Part shown: positions 31,301-48,600 of the stretch, piece by piece
How the letters are laid out: every line of letters starts with the position of its first letter
How positions within the stretch are numbered: the first letter of the stretch is position 1
Assembly (NCBI RefSeq): GCF_009914755.1
Contig: NC_060939.1
From: the human T2T-CHM13v2.0 reference genome, Homo sapiens
Reading direction: 5' to 3' (one strand)
DNA: 64,000 nucleotides
Notes under the pieces: generated by a model
The model's input: the letters and a program-made list of their open reading frames with translations, nothing else
Database searches by the model: none
Told to the model about the DNA's origin: nothing
Position numbers and translations under genes: made by a program

Positions 31301-34300
31301 GAGAATGCATTCTTTAATAATGTTAGTGCCTCTCAGGTTGTTAAAGTTTAAGAAGACTGAATATTTTTCTCACAGAAATAGAGATGTTTGGGATTTCTAA
31401 GATGGTACCCAATAAATAAAAGAGAACCCACCTTCACGTCCAAGTTCAATACAAATTGAAAAAAACAAAACCAAGAAGGCATATTGGAGATTTAGACAAA
31501 TCACCTTTCTTCCTAATAACAATTGCATTGGAGAATACAGTTTTGTGTGAGAGACAGGTGAGTGGGCTGGGAAGGACCAGCATCAGTTGGACTTAGCCTG
31601 GTCTCCACAGTGCTGGACCAGCACAGGCATCCCCTGCAGAGGTGGAACACACCTCAAAGGCTGCCTGGAGAGTAGCTTGCTTCCACAGGAGAGGAAATCG
31701 GGACTGAGCCATGTAAGCCTGCTGAGTCTTCCCAAAGGTACCAATCAAGAAAGTCACTCTATGTACCTGCAAAGGTGTAGTAAAGGGGTGGACATAGCTT
31801 AAGTGTTTAGAGGGTCCCTTTCTTCCTGAGATCCAGAGAAACAGGAGAAATGATCAAGCTCTCCCCTGGGGATCAAGCAATGATGATGGTGCCTCCTGAG
31901 CCAGGGGGCAGCTGGCGGGTATTGGAGTATTGCAAAGTTATGTCTGCCAGACTTGGCAGCCAAGTAGGCATTGGGGGAAGGAAGAACATAGGAACCACTC
32001 ATGACTTGCAAGCAAGGGTCTGTGTGACAGCAATGTGGGCTACCATGTTAAGCCCAATCGCAAGGAGAAACATATTCTGAGGAAGAAATGATGGGTTTCA
32101 TTTTTTAAATTAGCCTTGGAAAGGCTTGGAAAGAAGCATTGTCTAGTCATTTTAAAAGATGCTCTTTTAGGACTTAGAGAGTTTATAAATGGACACATGA
32201 AACATTAGCAAACTTGAATAAAGGGTTCATCAACTTCAGATTATGCAAAAATAAGCATAGACCTATGACCAAAGCAACATGCTACATTTTAAGATGAATA
32301 TTTATAGAAGGCATATATCACTTACTCTTTGCTTAGAGTGTGTGAAATCTTACTGGAAAGTGAAAGGAAGTCTTCCTTTTCAACATTTTCCTCCTGTCCC
32401 TGGACTTACCATTACCTGTGTTAATACCCTTTCCTTCTGTTTTCATAGCTTCAATCCTCTTTGCTTTCTGGATCAACATACCAAAAGTTTTCAAACTTTA
32501 ATTGCATCTAGGTAGTATGTATTTGAGTTTTTTATTGCAAACATTTGAGATTAAGACTATGTAAATCGAGTTAACCAATTATAAATTTTAAGTCTTAAAA
32601 ATTTTAGGCCTTGTTTTAATATTCTCTTTAAATATTAAATGTATATTTAAACACCTTGACCTTTTTTGTTAGCACTATTGATTCTTGAGTGTGCATTTAA
32701 TGAGAGGGGGCAAGTCACAATTCCCATTCACCGGAAGGAGATAGTATGCAAACTGAAGGCACTGGCTTTGGGATTGGAAAGGCCTACGTCTTAGAAAAGG
32801 GTATTTTTGAAATGGTAAAATGGAGCTGTAATATTCAGGTGAAATAATTCATGCAAAAATATATGGCGTTTATCCCCTAATGATTTAAATGTTAATACTA
32901 TTTTATTGAAGATGGCATTTCTTAAATATGATTTTTTTCCTTTAGTTTCTTCAAAGTATAAAGGTAATTGTGCTACAAAACTCACCCCAAAAAATATGAA
33001 GTCAAGCAGGCTCATACATGAGGTGTTAATTTGTTGTTGCATGTTTGCTCTGATTAGACTTACTTTAAGGGCTGTAAAGTCACACCGAAGCATATGTAGG
33101 TTGGCCCAGTCACCTTGGAGATTAGGACTTCTCCAAAGTTGGCTTTTTTTCCCCAAGAGTAAGATATTTTCCTGCTATATTTCAAGGATTTAATGCCACT
33201 TCTACTTGGACGGTGCCTGCCCTGACCACCCAAGGCTAGGTTCAGACTACTTTTTCTGCTTTCATTAATCAGTCTACATGCTCTTTTAATGTCCTGGTTT
33301 TCTAATCAGTCTCCCTGGACCTAGGAGAAGGTCTGAGTCTAAATTATTCACTGCTGTTTCCCAGTGTCTGGCAGAGATCCTGGCACTTAACAGAAACCCA
33401 GAACTTTTGGATGAATGATGATAGGTAGCTTCAAGTTTTCTATTTGAAAACAAATAGTATTTTCCACATAAATTCTGGGAGCACTGTAATAACATCCTAT
33501 CATAAAGATAATTCATAAAGCATTTTAGTATGAATTAGCAGTTTAATCATTAAATAATTAAGTATTTAATCACTAATCAATGTTTATAATACATTTACAA
33601 GATGTGTTTTTTCAATTTTTATTCTCTTTAATATACAGAACCATGGTTTGATGCTGTGCTTGTTATTTAGTCCACCATTTTGCAGATGAGTGCTTCCTAG
33701 ATGCAATATCTCATGCTAAGTTTTGTTATAAGAGTTTGATATTCTCTTAGCCAACATGCATGCAATAAAGTCTAATATAAGGCAGTTGTGCGGAGAATAT
33801 TAAGGATCTCAGACTTACATCTTTGAGCCTAGTTAAAGGAAAGATTAATTTAGATTACAGGGTGGAAGAAAGACTGCATGTATTCTGTTGGATTATCATC
33901 TAAGTGACTGCACTGGGTTAGATACTGAGGCACAAAGATGAATAAGACAGACACGGTCGGCTCCTGCAGTGATCACTTCCCAGAGGGTAATGGAAATATG
34001 CAAACAAAGGCATGCTGTGTCCCAGGTGAGATACGAAGTAGAGTTGGAAGCTCAGTCCACTCATCAAGAACAGGCTAAGGAAGTCCTGGAGGAGAGTGGG
34101 ATAGATAGCCACTCGTTTCCCATCACATGGACTGTGAGGAGGGGCAAATTCCCTGGAGGAAACACAGACATCTCTAGCAAGGGACCTATTCTAAGAACAT
34201 CCAGAATGTCAGCAGGCCTGGAGGGTAGAATGGCTGGACAAGTGGCAGGGAGGGCCCCTGGAGGAAGAGGCAGGGCCAGATCATGGGGACTAAGGTAAGG

Positions 34301-34874
34301 GACCAGAGAATGGATGAGTGCACTCAGACTTGGGGGGAAGGTTACAATTTTCCTCAAGGGTGAGGTGCCTTGGCACATGAGGTGTGCAGTTGGGGGTATT
34401 AGTCTGGAGCTCCTGAGAAGCACAAGCTTCATAGGAGTATTGTGGCAGGAGGAATCAAGACTTTCCAGACCGACTGTATCAAAACAGGGTAAGGAGTGGT
34501 GGAGGAGCTACGGTGTAGATGACCCGGGTACATGATCTGCCAGGTGCTGAGAGTCAACTCTGGAAACACCTAAGGGCTCCATCCTGAGCATCTTGGATGT
34601 CTGACTTAGCAGCTTACTTTGGAGAGTGGAGGCCCTCATGTTAGTCAATACAATTTAAGAAATCTCACTTGGTTTATTTTATAGAACACATAAGAGCAAA
34701 CAATATGTCTAGTGCTTTCCAAATCAATGTCAAGTAAAGATAAGGGAGCAAATGGTGTGTGCATGTGTGTGTGTGTGTGTGTGTGTGCTTGTGTGCTATT
34801 CAAGAGACTTTCTAACCCCTGTGAATAGGAAGCGGGAATGAACACTGTCTTTAAACCCATGAAGCATCTAACAT

Positions 34875-35345
34875 ATCATTACTCACTATATTAACCATGC
34901 TGCATGTTACCTTTTTAGAATTTATTCATTGTTTAACTGAAAGCCTGTGCCCAACAACATCCCTTTTCCCCTGCCCCTAAGTACCTGCCAATTATCATTC
35001 TACGCTCTTTCTCTAAGTTAAACGTTTTTAGGTTCCACAGATTCATGAGATCATGCAATATGTGTCTTTCTGTGCCTGGCTTATTTCACTTAGCATAATG
35101 CCCTCTAAGTTCATCTATGTTGTTGAAAATACTTGAAATTTGCTAAAGGGAATCAACTTTTAGCGTACACACACACACACACACACGGTATACGGTATGT
35201 CAGATGATATGCTAATACATTTGATTGTGGGAGTCATTACACAATGTATACTTATATCAAAATACCACGTTGTATCCTTGAAATATTTACAATTTTTTGT
35301 CAATTATACTTCAATGAAGCCGGGGAAAATTAAAAGACACATAAA
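34875..35345 (+). mobile_element. Ancient L1MA9/10-L1MB-like 3' end with an inverted 5' segment (minus 34875-35129, plus 35129-35345)
   Basis: Minus: tctgtgcctggcttatttcacttagcataatg; plus: atacttgaaatttgctaa...ttgtcaattatacttcaatgaagc. Confidence 0.7.
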
Positions 35346-37507
35346 AAAAAGTAAGGAAGGATATTCTGCAAAACCTGGAAGGGAAGAATTTATTCCTTAT
35401 TGAAAACTTGCCACACAGGGAAGATAAAATGGAGACAAAATAAGAGACAAGGTTTTTTCAAAAAGAATACAAATAAAAATTGTTTCAAAAATTCTATCAG
35501 TTAAGAGCATAAATCCCTGTTTTGTTTTTTCAAACTAGGAATGCCCTCTCTTTCATTCCAGTTGCAACCTATGTGTTCCTCAATCATCAGGTTTTATTTG
35601 TTTTTCTGCTAATTAATCAGCACGAGGCACCTAGAAGTCAAGTGTGACTACTTTAGTCTACCCTCTTGGTGTGTTCTCTGGAGTTCTTCTCACGTTTCAA
35701 TTTGTGACTTTATTTGCATTTTTAGGACAACACTTAGGGGGCTTTGAAAAGATTACAAGTATTAGTGGGTAAACAAAGACATTGCAAGCTCTTCATCCTG
35801 CCATGCTTCTCCAAGTGCTCACTAACACACACCATTCCATGACATGGGCCACATTAATTCCTAACGTGGATTCCGAATGACCCCGCTATGACGTGGGTGA
35901 CCTTACTGACCTCTGCTGTTACGTTGTCATGTTTTTTTATTAAAGCCATATTTCATAAAACATGTGAACATGTTTTATGAAATAAAACATAATTTGTTGT
36001 GTCCAGTTACACCCCTGCCAGTATTACAGGGAGAGAAAACCAACCGATTTCCTGGTATTTCATAGTATTTTGCATAGCACTGTAAGGAAATTAATTGGCC
36101 ACTTGTAATACTGTAAGGCACTCCCTGAAGCAAACCTCCACTATGTGCAGTCTCTGCACAGGCCCCTAGCCGAGCACTCTACATCTGGTTCATTTTAAAG
36201 TGTGTTGTAGGTGTTAGCATAGGATGAGTGAGCAGGGACCATGGCTTACTGAAATATTAGAGCTCTGAGGCGCCTCTGTATTGCCCAGTTATCAACAGGT
36301 CTTTACTACAAGAGAAGCAACCAGGAAATTGAGTTAATATTTATTACTCAATCCCATAACTCGCATGACCTTTAGCACAAATATGGACCCCAGAACCAAA
36401 TCCCTAGAAAATCAAAATTCAGGATTGACTTGGTTTTACCACGACTATGGTTTGTATATTTATACATGCAGTATACATAGGCCTAATATATATCAGAGCT
36501 AAAACTCAAGTGGCAATCAGTGGACACAGTAGGAAAGAATAGCTAGCAAATTTGCACATGTGGTTTTGATTAAAACTTCTATTTCCAAATATAATTGTTT
36601 CCTTAAATGATAGTCACAGTGACTTAATGTGCTTATCAGTAGCTATAACTTTTTTTTTAGTAAAAATGTCGGAATTTCTGTAAGTATATTCGAAAGTATA
36701 AAATCTTGAATACTAAAGTCAGTATTTTTGAGTGCTAACGCTGCCATGTATGAGAACTTATTTATAATAAACGTTGATAATAGACTTGTAAATAAAACCA
36801 GACATACATATATTTTTTTTCCAATGTGGCCAAATACCAGCATTAAAAATTCATATCATGGTTAATGTATTTAGACAGATTTCATATAATTGGGAAAAAG
36901 AAATTTTCTAATACTATGAAGGCAAAGATAGGGAAGTATAGTATTTCATAAATTGTATACATTAGTACAACCTTTATGCAGGACAGTTTGAGACTATGTT
37001 TCAAATGCTTTAACTCTGGAAATACTTTTTCAGCAATTCTCTTTTTTTGAACTATAGCTTAAAAATGATGAGGAGTGGGAACAAAGTTTCAGATGCATAA
37101 GAATTAATAATAGCCGTTTGTTGGATATTTTTAAAAATATTTTTCTCATGTGAATTTTTAGGCTATCACAAACATCCTTGAAGAAGCCTGAACATATCCT
37201 GGATTTAGAATTGCTAAGTTGATAGCTCTCCCCATGTTTAAGGCTTTTAAAAATATGCTATCAAATCACCCTTCGTAATTTGTTGTGTCCAGTTACACCC
37301 CTGACAGCAGTTATTATAAAACTTATTTTCCAAAACATTTAATGGTCACTTTAATTTGGGAACTTTTACAACTGTATCTATCCATTACTCTAGAATTTGC
37401 ATTTAAGGGTTATCTTCTGGTGTATATTCTACAAAATTATTCTGCCTGGTTAAGTTTTTAACAGGTAAGGTATCATACCTCCTAATTAAGTTATAATAAA
37501 ACAGGAT

Positions 37508-37842
<335 letters not shown>

Positions 37843-37907
37843 CTATTATGGTAAAAATGTAAACACAACATAAATGTACACCAGTGTGGATTTGATAAGT
37901 ACACAAA

Positions 37908-37908
<1 letters not shown>

Positions 37909-37953
<45 letters not shown>
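37909..37953. repeat. (CA)n microsatellite
   Basis: ~22 CA units. Confidence 0.95.
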
Positions 37954-37954
<1 letters not shown>

Positions 37955-40900
37955 TTATATATTAGAGTAAGGTTTTTTTCTGGTTGGTGGTTTACAGGCT
38001 TTTTATTCATTTTTTTGTTCTCTAAAAATGTACTTGCATGATGTTTTTAATCAGAAAAATAAAGGTCTTCCACTATAAAAAAATGTATAATCTGAAATTA
38101 CTTTAGGTAACTATTTTAGACTGTGGATAATAGGTGGGTTTTCATTTAAATAGTCATTTAAGAAATACTTGAGCTTGTAATTGTGGATTGTCAAAGGAAG
38201 GCTCAGAGACAGAAACATTCATAAAGGAAATGAGTATAAGGGAGTCAGACTGCAGAAGGACTAGATTACCAAATTTTAAAAAATGCAATCAGAAATTAAA
38301 GGAGAAAAAAGCAAAAATACCAAGGTTGCCAAGTAACATTTGTCTGTTGAAGGCAAAAACAACAGTTGTCTAATACTATTATATTTACAAATGTCAAGAC
38401 ATACTTTCAGACATCAGCACAGCAAAGATCAAGAATATAAATGATTTTGTAAAGGAGTTCAGATGTGTGGGAATGAGTGAAGCTTTCATTATTTGAGGTC
38501 CATTCCAAGTTAGGATGAACCTGCTGTACCTGTCTTATCTCAGGTACAAAGCCTATGGTCTACCTATGGTTTGTGAGGGTCTTAGTCATATTAGAAGTGG
38601 TACAAGTATCATTTTTTGCTTCTATAATTCTCTCTCCTAGTCAATATCCTGCCATCAAATGTGGATTTGGCCAGATAAGCTGCTAATAAATTTTCTGATT
38701 TTTGTGTCACTAATTTGATATTGTTGTTTTAAAAATAGTTTATGTATGCAGGTGTCATAAGAGATATTAATACTGAAGTACATTATTTGTATAATTAACA
38801 AAAGTAGGGACACGTGATGTTACACTGAAACATTAGTTTCTGACGGGAATTTTAAAAAGACACTGGGTTTGTAATTTACTTTTACGTGTCGGAAGTATCT
38901 TACTGTCCTTATTAGCTCTATTGAGATTAAGAACCAAGAACCATCTTAGAAACCTCTGTAGGGTGCACCTACCATACATGTAAGCTCATAGGATATCCTT
39001 CCTGTTTATTTTCTGGGCTTGCAGGTAATGACATTCTTTATCTTCTTAAGTAAATTTCATAAGCCTAGAGCTAGTATTAGACCACTTTTACTGGGAGGAC
39101 TTTGTAGATATCATTTTTACTTGTGAAGCATATTCCTTATTTTTTAATAGCAAGTATATACAACCTAATTAAATGAGCTTTTGGGCTTGCTTATATTTTA
39201 TAAATCACATGTACCCAATTTTATATTCTGATCGGAAAGAGAATAAATTGTTACAGGTTACACTCGGTTGAGTTTTGTCTCAATGGAACCTCCAGGAATA
39301 ACTAAAAAAGGAAGACTCAGAGAAAGAAACATCAAGACATCAGTGTGAGCAAGAGAGAAAGATTTTGAAGGACTGAAAGCCTCCATCCCCAACTAAGAAA
39401 AACAAGTATTTAAAGAAAACAAAAAGTGGAATTCCCAAGGTTATTAAATTTATATTAGTCTGTTCATAGTGGAAAAACAGCAACTATCTTACATGATGAT
39501 TGCAGCTGACTTAATGGGAAATATTCAAAAGTTTATGATTTGTGGGAACAGAGCCAGTCAGCGTGACCCTTTTATTTTTGGTTTGTCTCAGAGTCCTCAG
39601 AGTGCAACTTGTTTTTTAAAATTTTTTCCCTAACTGTGACATGTGAAGTGTTTAGTAATATTAGAAACAGGATGAAGTATCAGTATTTTCTTCTAGAGTA
39701 AAAAATGATTGCTCTGAGTTCCTTCGAGTAAATATATGACATGCATCTTAGACATGGCATGTAGACTTTAAGCACAAATCACACACACTTTTCTCCATTT
39801 GCACTGCTGGGAACATTTTTCTATCTCAGTCCTAACTGTGTAATCTCCTGAAATGCACCTTACTGCTAGGCATGAAAGATGCCTTTCAAACCTCCCAGGA
39901 TTTATGCCAAACTAAATTGTTAGTTGAGGTACGTTTAAGAGTTGGAGCAAAAGGTTTATTCCTTGCCCTTTTAGAGAAAATCTGCCTAAACAACAGTCCT
40001 TTTTATTTTTGTTGCCTTAGCTAATGTGACCCAGAAAATAACATAGTGTGGTGGTGAAGAAAACCAAGCGCGTGAAAGGATGGCTGGGTTTTCCCCTGGG
40101 GGAAGCCCCTGGCAGGGTCTGGCTCTGCATTCAGGGGGTCTTGCCTGGCCTTGACCAGTGCCACAGAGCTTGAGGAACCCTCTTACACATGTCAATGAGT
40201 CCCCAGCATATGGTCAGTGAAGTTAATCAATATATTGAGCTATATCATATCCTTTTAAATTTCAGTTATTTTCTAACTTTGAAGGAAACATGAACCTGTC
40301 ACCTAGATATCAGCTTTATATACATCACATTGTTTTTTTCCTTAATAAAACAAAGTCCACTTTTTTAAAAGATTTGTAAGTAGCTGTTCATTTGTCCTTT
40401 TAATTTTGCTTCCATGGGGAAATAATGTTGAGTAAATTTCGTTAAAGCTGAGTGGTCCAAATAGAGAGCGACCTAGACCAAGATTTTAAAGCATCTCTAT
40501 TATCTTACTTCTTTATTTGAGTGGACATTAAAGATTATATATAGCATAGGTCTGTCCTTTGACCAGCCTCCTTTCTGACAACATTAAGTTTCAGAATATG
40601 ATATACCATTAAGAGCACTTCTTGTGATTAGGAGTTTTTTATTTAAGGGCTACTAATATAGACTGCACTATTTTGGCTTCTTGAACCTTCCATTCTGGCC
40701 AGTTGTTTTATACCCAGGTCCTTCTTTAAATTTATTTGTCACCTGGTTTGTTTTTTGCTACTTCTTAGGTGTCTGAACGTCAATATCAAAGCAATTTAAG
40801 TCTTTCTCTTCCAAGAAACCATTGCTGACTGCTCTGCCCAAGCCTGGCTTCTTCATTTAAAACTCATTTGAGCATCTACTATGTACTGAGAATTGTGTAT

Positions 40901-42130
40901 TTTGTAAGGCATAAGGAAATAGGTAGGCATGTCTCTGACTTCACGAAGCTTATGGTATAGGAACCAAGACAACCTGAAATTCTCAATAAAATGTCAGATA
41001 GGAAATGAAAGTCTCAATTAACACATCGAAACTCAGATTTTTTACAAAGTTCATTAATATCTGCATCTGAGCTCTGAGGCTGATCTTGATCTTGTGAGAT
41101 TCTCTTGGGGGAAAAAGAATACAAAATGGCAAGCACAATGCAAGGCAGAGGTCTTGAGAGTTAAGCATCATTGTCTTCCTGGTAAATCTTCCTGTGTCTG
41201 AGTTTGACCTTCCCCTCAAGCCTCCAGCATATATGTTCTTGAATAAGACAACTTGATCTATCCCATTCTGGTTTATTCCATCTGATGAGCGGATTGTTCA
41301 GAAACTTAAAATGATTAACTCAGCCTCTGTCCAGGTCTACTTTTGGTCACTTGTAATAAATACTCAATCTTCAAGGGTTTCTTTAGTGTTCCTGCCCTTT
41401 CTTCTGGGGTGATCCAAGTTCCTGAACATCATAAAAGAGAGCTGGTTTGTTTTGCCCACTCTTCATTTCTGGCTCTCAATCTTTATCTGGGTTCTATCTG
41501 CTGATGTGGAGTTGGGCATCGTGTAAGCAACTTCGACTCACGGCAGATGCTCTTGCTACTGCCTTTGGTTGCAAGGTCCCTGTGCTCTATGGTCTTGTTC
41601 CAACTTGAGTTCCCTTCCAGGTCATAGTCAGCTTAGCCCTTCTGTGTATCTCTTGGGGTCCCAGTAACGCTGGATGATTTTTTCTCTATTATAGAGAAAC
41701 AAGCAGGACATTATGTTGCCGTTTCAAGGCTGACCATCCCAACAAACTTCCTTTGTCATTGTTACATTTCCACTGGGTACCCTGTTGGAGGTAGAACCAT
41801 GCCTTTCTGGAAGTCTTTATGCCTCCATTGACAGCCCATGCGCAAGGAAAGAAGTAAGGCCCTTCCCTTCTGTTCTTGAATTCTAGAGGAGAAACCAGCA
41901 CACTCCATTTAGAACCATTGCCCTCTTCCCTCTCTCTCTGACTCTGGGTCTCCCACTGAGTGCCATGAAGGGCTTTCACCAATGTAGAGAAACTTTTCTA
42001 ACATATCATTCTCCTCTGATTCATTCATTTGGATATAACAAGTTACTTTGTTCCAGTTTGCTAGGCTTGTCTCCTGACATAAAAAGGTCAGCCTTAGAAG
42101 CCCTAAGAAAACCCTTTCTTGATCCTTGTG

Positions 42131-43168
42131 GAGGGTGGAGCCAAGATGGCCGAATAGGAACAGCTCCAGTCTACAGCTCCCAGCATGAGTGACGCAGAAG
42201 ACGAATTATTTCTGCATTTCCAACTGAGGTACCGGGTTCATCTCACTGGGGATTATTGGACAGTGGGTGCAGGACAGTGGGTGCAGCACACTGAGTGTGA
42301 GCCAAAGCAGGGCGAGGCATCTGCTCACCCGGGAAGCACAAGAGGTCAGGGAATTCCCTTTCCTAGCCAAGGAAAGGGGTGACAGATGGCACCTGGAAAA
42401 TCAGGTCACTCCCACCCTAATACTGTGCTTTTCCAATGGTCTTAGCAAATGGCACACCAGGAGATTGTATCCCACGCCTGGCTCAGAGGGTCCTACGCCC
42501 ATGGAGCCTCGCTCATTGCTAGCACAGCAGTCTGAGATCAAACTGCAAGGCGACTGCAAGGCAGCAGCGAGGCTGGGGGAGGGGCACCCACCATTGCCGA
42601 GGCTTGAGTACGTAAACAAAGCAGCCAGGAAGCTCGAACTGGGTGGAGCCAACCACTACTTAAGGAGGCCTGCCTGCCTCTGTAGACTGCACCTCTGGGG
42701 GCAGGGCATAGCCAAACAAAAGGCAGCAGAAACCTCTGCAGACTTCAATGTCCCTGTCTGACAGCTTTGACGGGGGTAGTGGTTCTCCCAGCACACAGCT
42801 GGAGATCTGAAAATGGACACACTGCCTCCTCAAGTGGGTCCCTGACCCCCAAGTAGCCTAAGTGGGAGGCAACCCCCAGTAGGGGTAGACTGACACCTCA
42901 CACGGCCGTGTACTCCTCTGAGACAAAACTTCCAGAGGAACGATCAGGCAGCAACATTTGCTGTTCACCAATATCTGCTGTTCTGCAGCCTCCGCTGCTG
43001 ATACCCAGGCAAACAGGGTCTGGAGTGGACCTCCAGCAAACTCCAACAGACCTGCAGCTGAGGGTCTTGACTGTTAGAAGAAAACAAACAAACAGAAAGG
43101 ACATCCACACCAAAACCCCATCTGTAAGTCACCATCATCAAAGACCAAAGGTAGATAAAACCACAAAG
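42131..43168 (+). promoter_or_regulatory. L1 5'UTR internal sense/antisense promoter with YY1 site; retains the ~129-bp segment (42917-43044) lost in L1PA2/L1HS
   Basis: AAGATGGCC at 42143-42151; extra sequence between tactcc and aacagacc; CpGs partly decayed. Confidence 0.85.
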
Positions 43169-44184
43169 ATGGGGAAAAAACAGAGCAGAAAAACTGAAAA
43201 TTCTAAAAATCAGAGCGCCTCTCCTCCTCCAAAGGAATGCAGCTCCTCACCAGCAGCGGTAAAAAGCTGGACGGAGAATGACTTTGATGAGTTGAGAGAA
43301 GAAGTCTTCAGATGATCAAACTACTCCGAGCTAAAGGAGGAAGTTCGAACCCATGAGAAAGAAGTTAAAAACCTTGAAAAAAGATTAGACGAATGGCTTA
43401 CTAGAATAACCAATGCAGAGAAGTCCTTAAAAGACCTGATGGAGCTGAAAACCAAGGCATGAGAACTACGTGACAAACGCACAAGCCTCAGTAGCCAATT
43501 CGATCAATTGGAAGAAAGGGTATCAGTGATGGAAGATCAAATGAAGGAAATGAAGTGAGAAGACAAGTTTAGAGAAAAAAGAATAAAAAGAAACAAACAA
43601 AGCCTCCAAGAAATATGGGACTATGTGAAAAGACTAAATCTATGTCTGATTGGTGTACCTGAAAGTGACGGGGAGAATGGAACCAAGTTGGAAAGCACTC
43701 TGCAGGATATTATCCAGGAGAACTTCCCCAATCTAGCAAGGCAGGCCAACATTCAGATTCGGGAAATACAGAGAATGCCGCAAAGATACTCCTCAAGAAG
43801 AGCAACTCCAAGACACATAATTGTCAGATTCACCAAAGTTGAAATGAAGGAAAAACTGTTAAGGGCAGCCAGAGAGAAAGGTCAGGTTACCCACAAAGGG
43901 AAGCGCATCAGACTAACAGCTGATCTCTCCGCAGAAACTCCACAAGCCAGAAGAGAGTGGGGGCCAATATTCAACATTCTTAAAGAAAATAATTTTCAAC
44001 CCAGAATTTCGTATCCAGCCAAACTAAGCTTCATAACTGAAGGAGACATAAAATTCCTTACAGACAAGCAAATGCTGAGAGATTTTGTCACCACCAGGCC
44101 TACCCTGAAGAGCTCCTGAAGGAAGCACTAAACATGGAAAGGAACAACCAGTACCAGCCACTGCAAAAACATGCCAAATTGTAA
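43169..44184 (+). pseudogene. L1 ORF1p (coiled-coil/RRM/CTD), disrupted
   Basis: MGKKQSRKTENSKNQSAS start; in-frame TGA at 43313-43315 and further stops; RRM peptide (IGVPESDGENG...ARREWG...YPAKLSF) open at 43625-44119; frameshift near 44105. Confidence 0.95.
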
Positions 44185-44235
44185 AGACCATTGAGGCTAG
44201 GAAGAAGAAACTGCATCAACTAATGAGCAAAATAA

Positions 44236-48075
<3,840 letters not shown>

Positions 48076-48302
48076 ACAATGAGAACACATGGACACAGGA
48101 AGGGGAACATCACACACCGGGGCCTGTTGTGGGGTGGGGGGAGGGGGGAGGGATAGCATTAGGAGATACACCTAATGTTAAATGACGAGTTAATGGGTGC
48201 AGCACACCAACATGGCACATGTATACATATGTAACAAACCTGCATGTTGTGCACATGTACCCTAAAACTTAAATTAAAAAAAAAAAAAGAAAACTCTTTC
48301 TT

Positions 48303-48600
<298 letters not shown>

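Noticed and set aside
31895-31915. CTCF-like ccagggggcag
   Set aside because: Lacks the 5' CC core positions; weak match
36019-36118. 10-bp inverted repeat cagtattaca/tgtaatactg as possible MITE ends
   Set aside because: Too short and no TSD; may be chance or part of the adjacent repair scar
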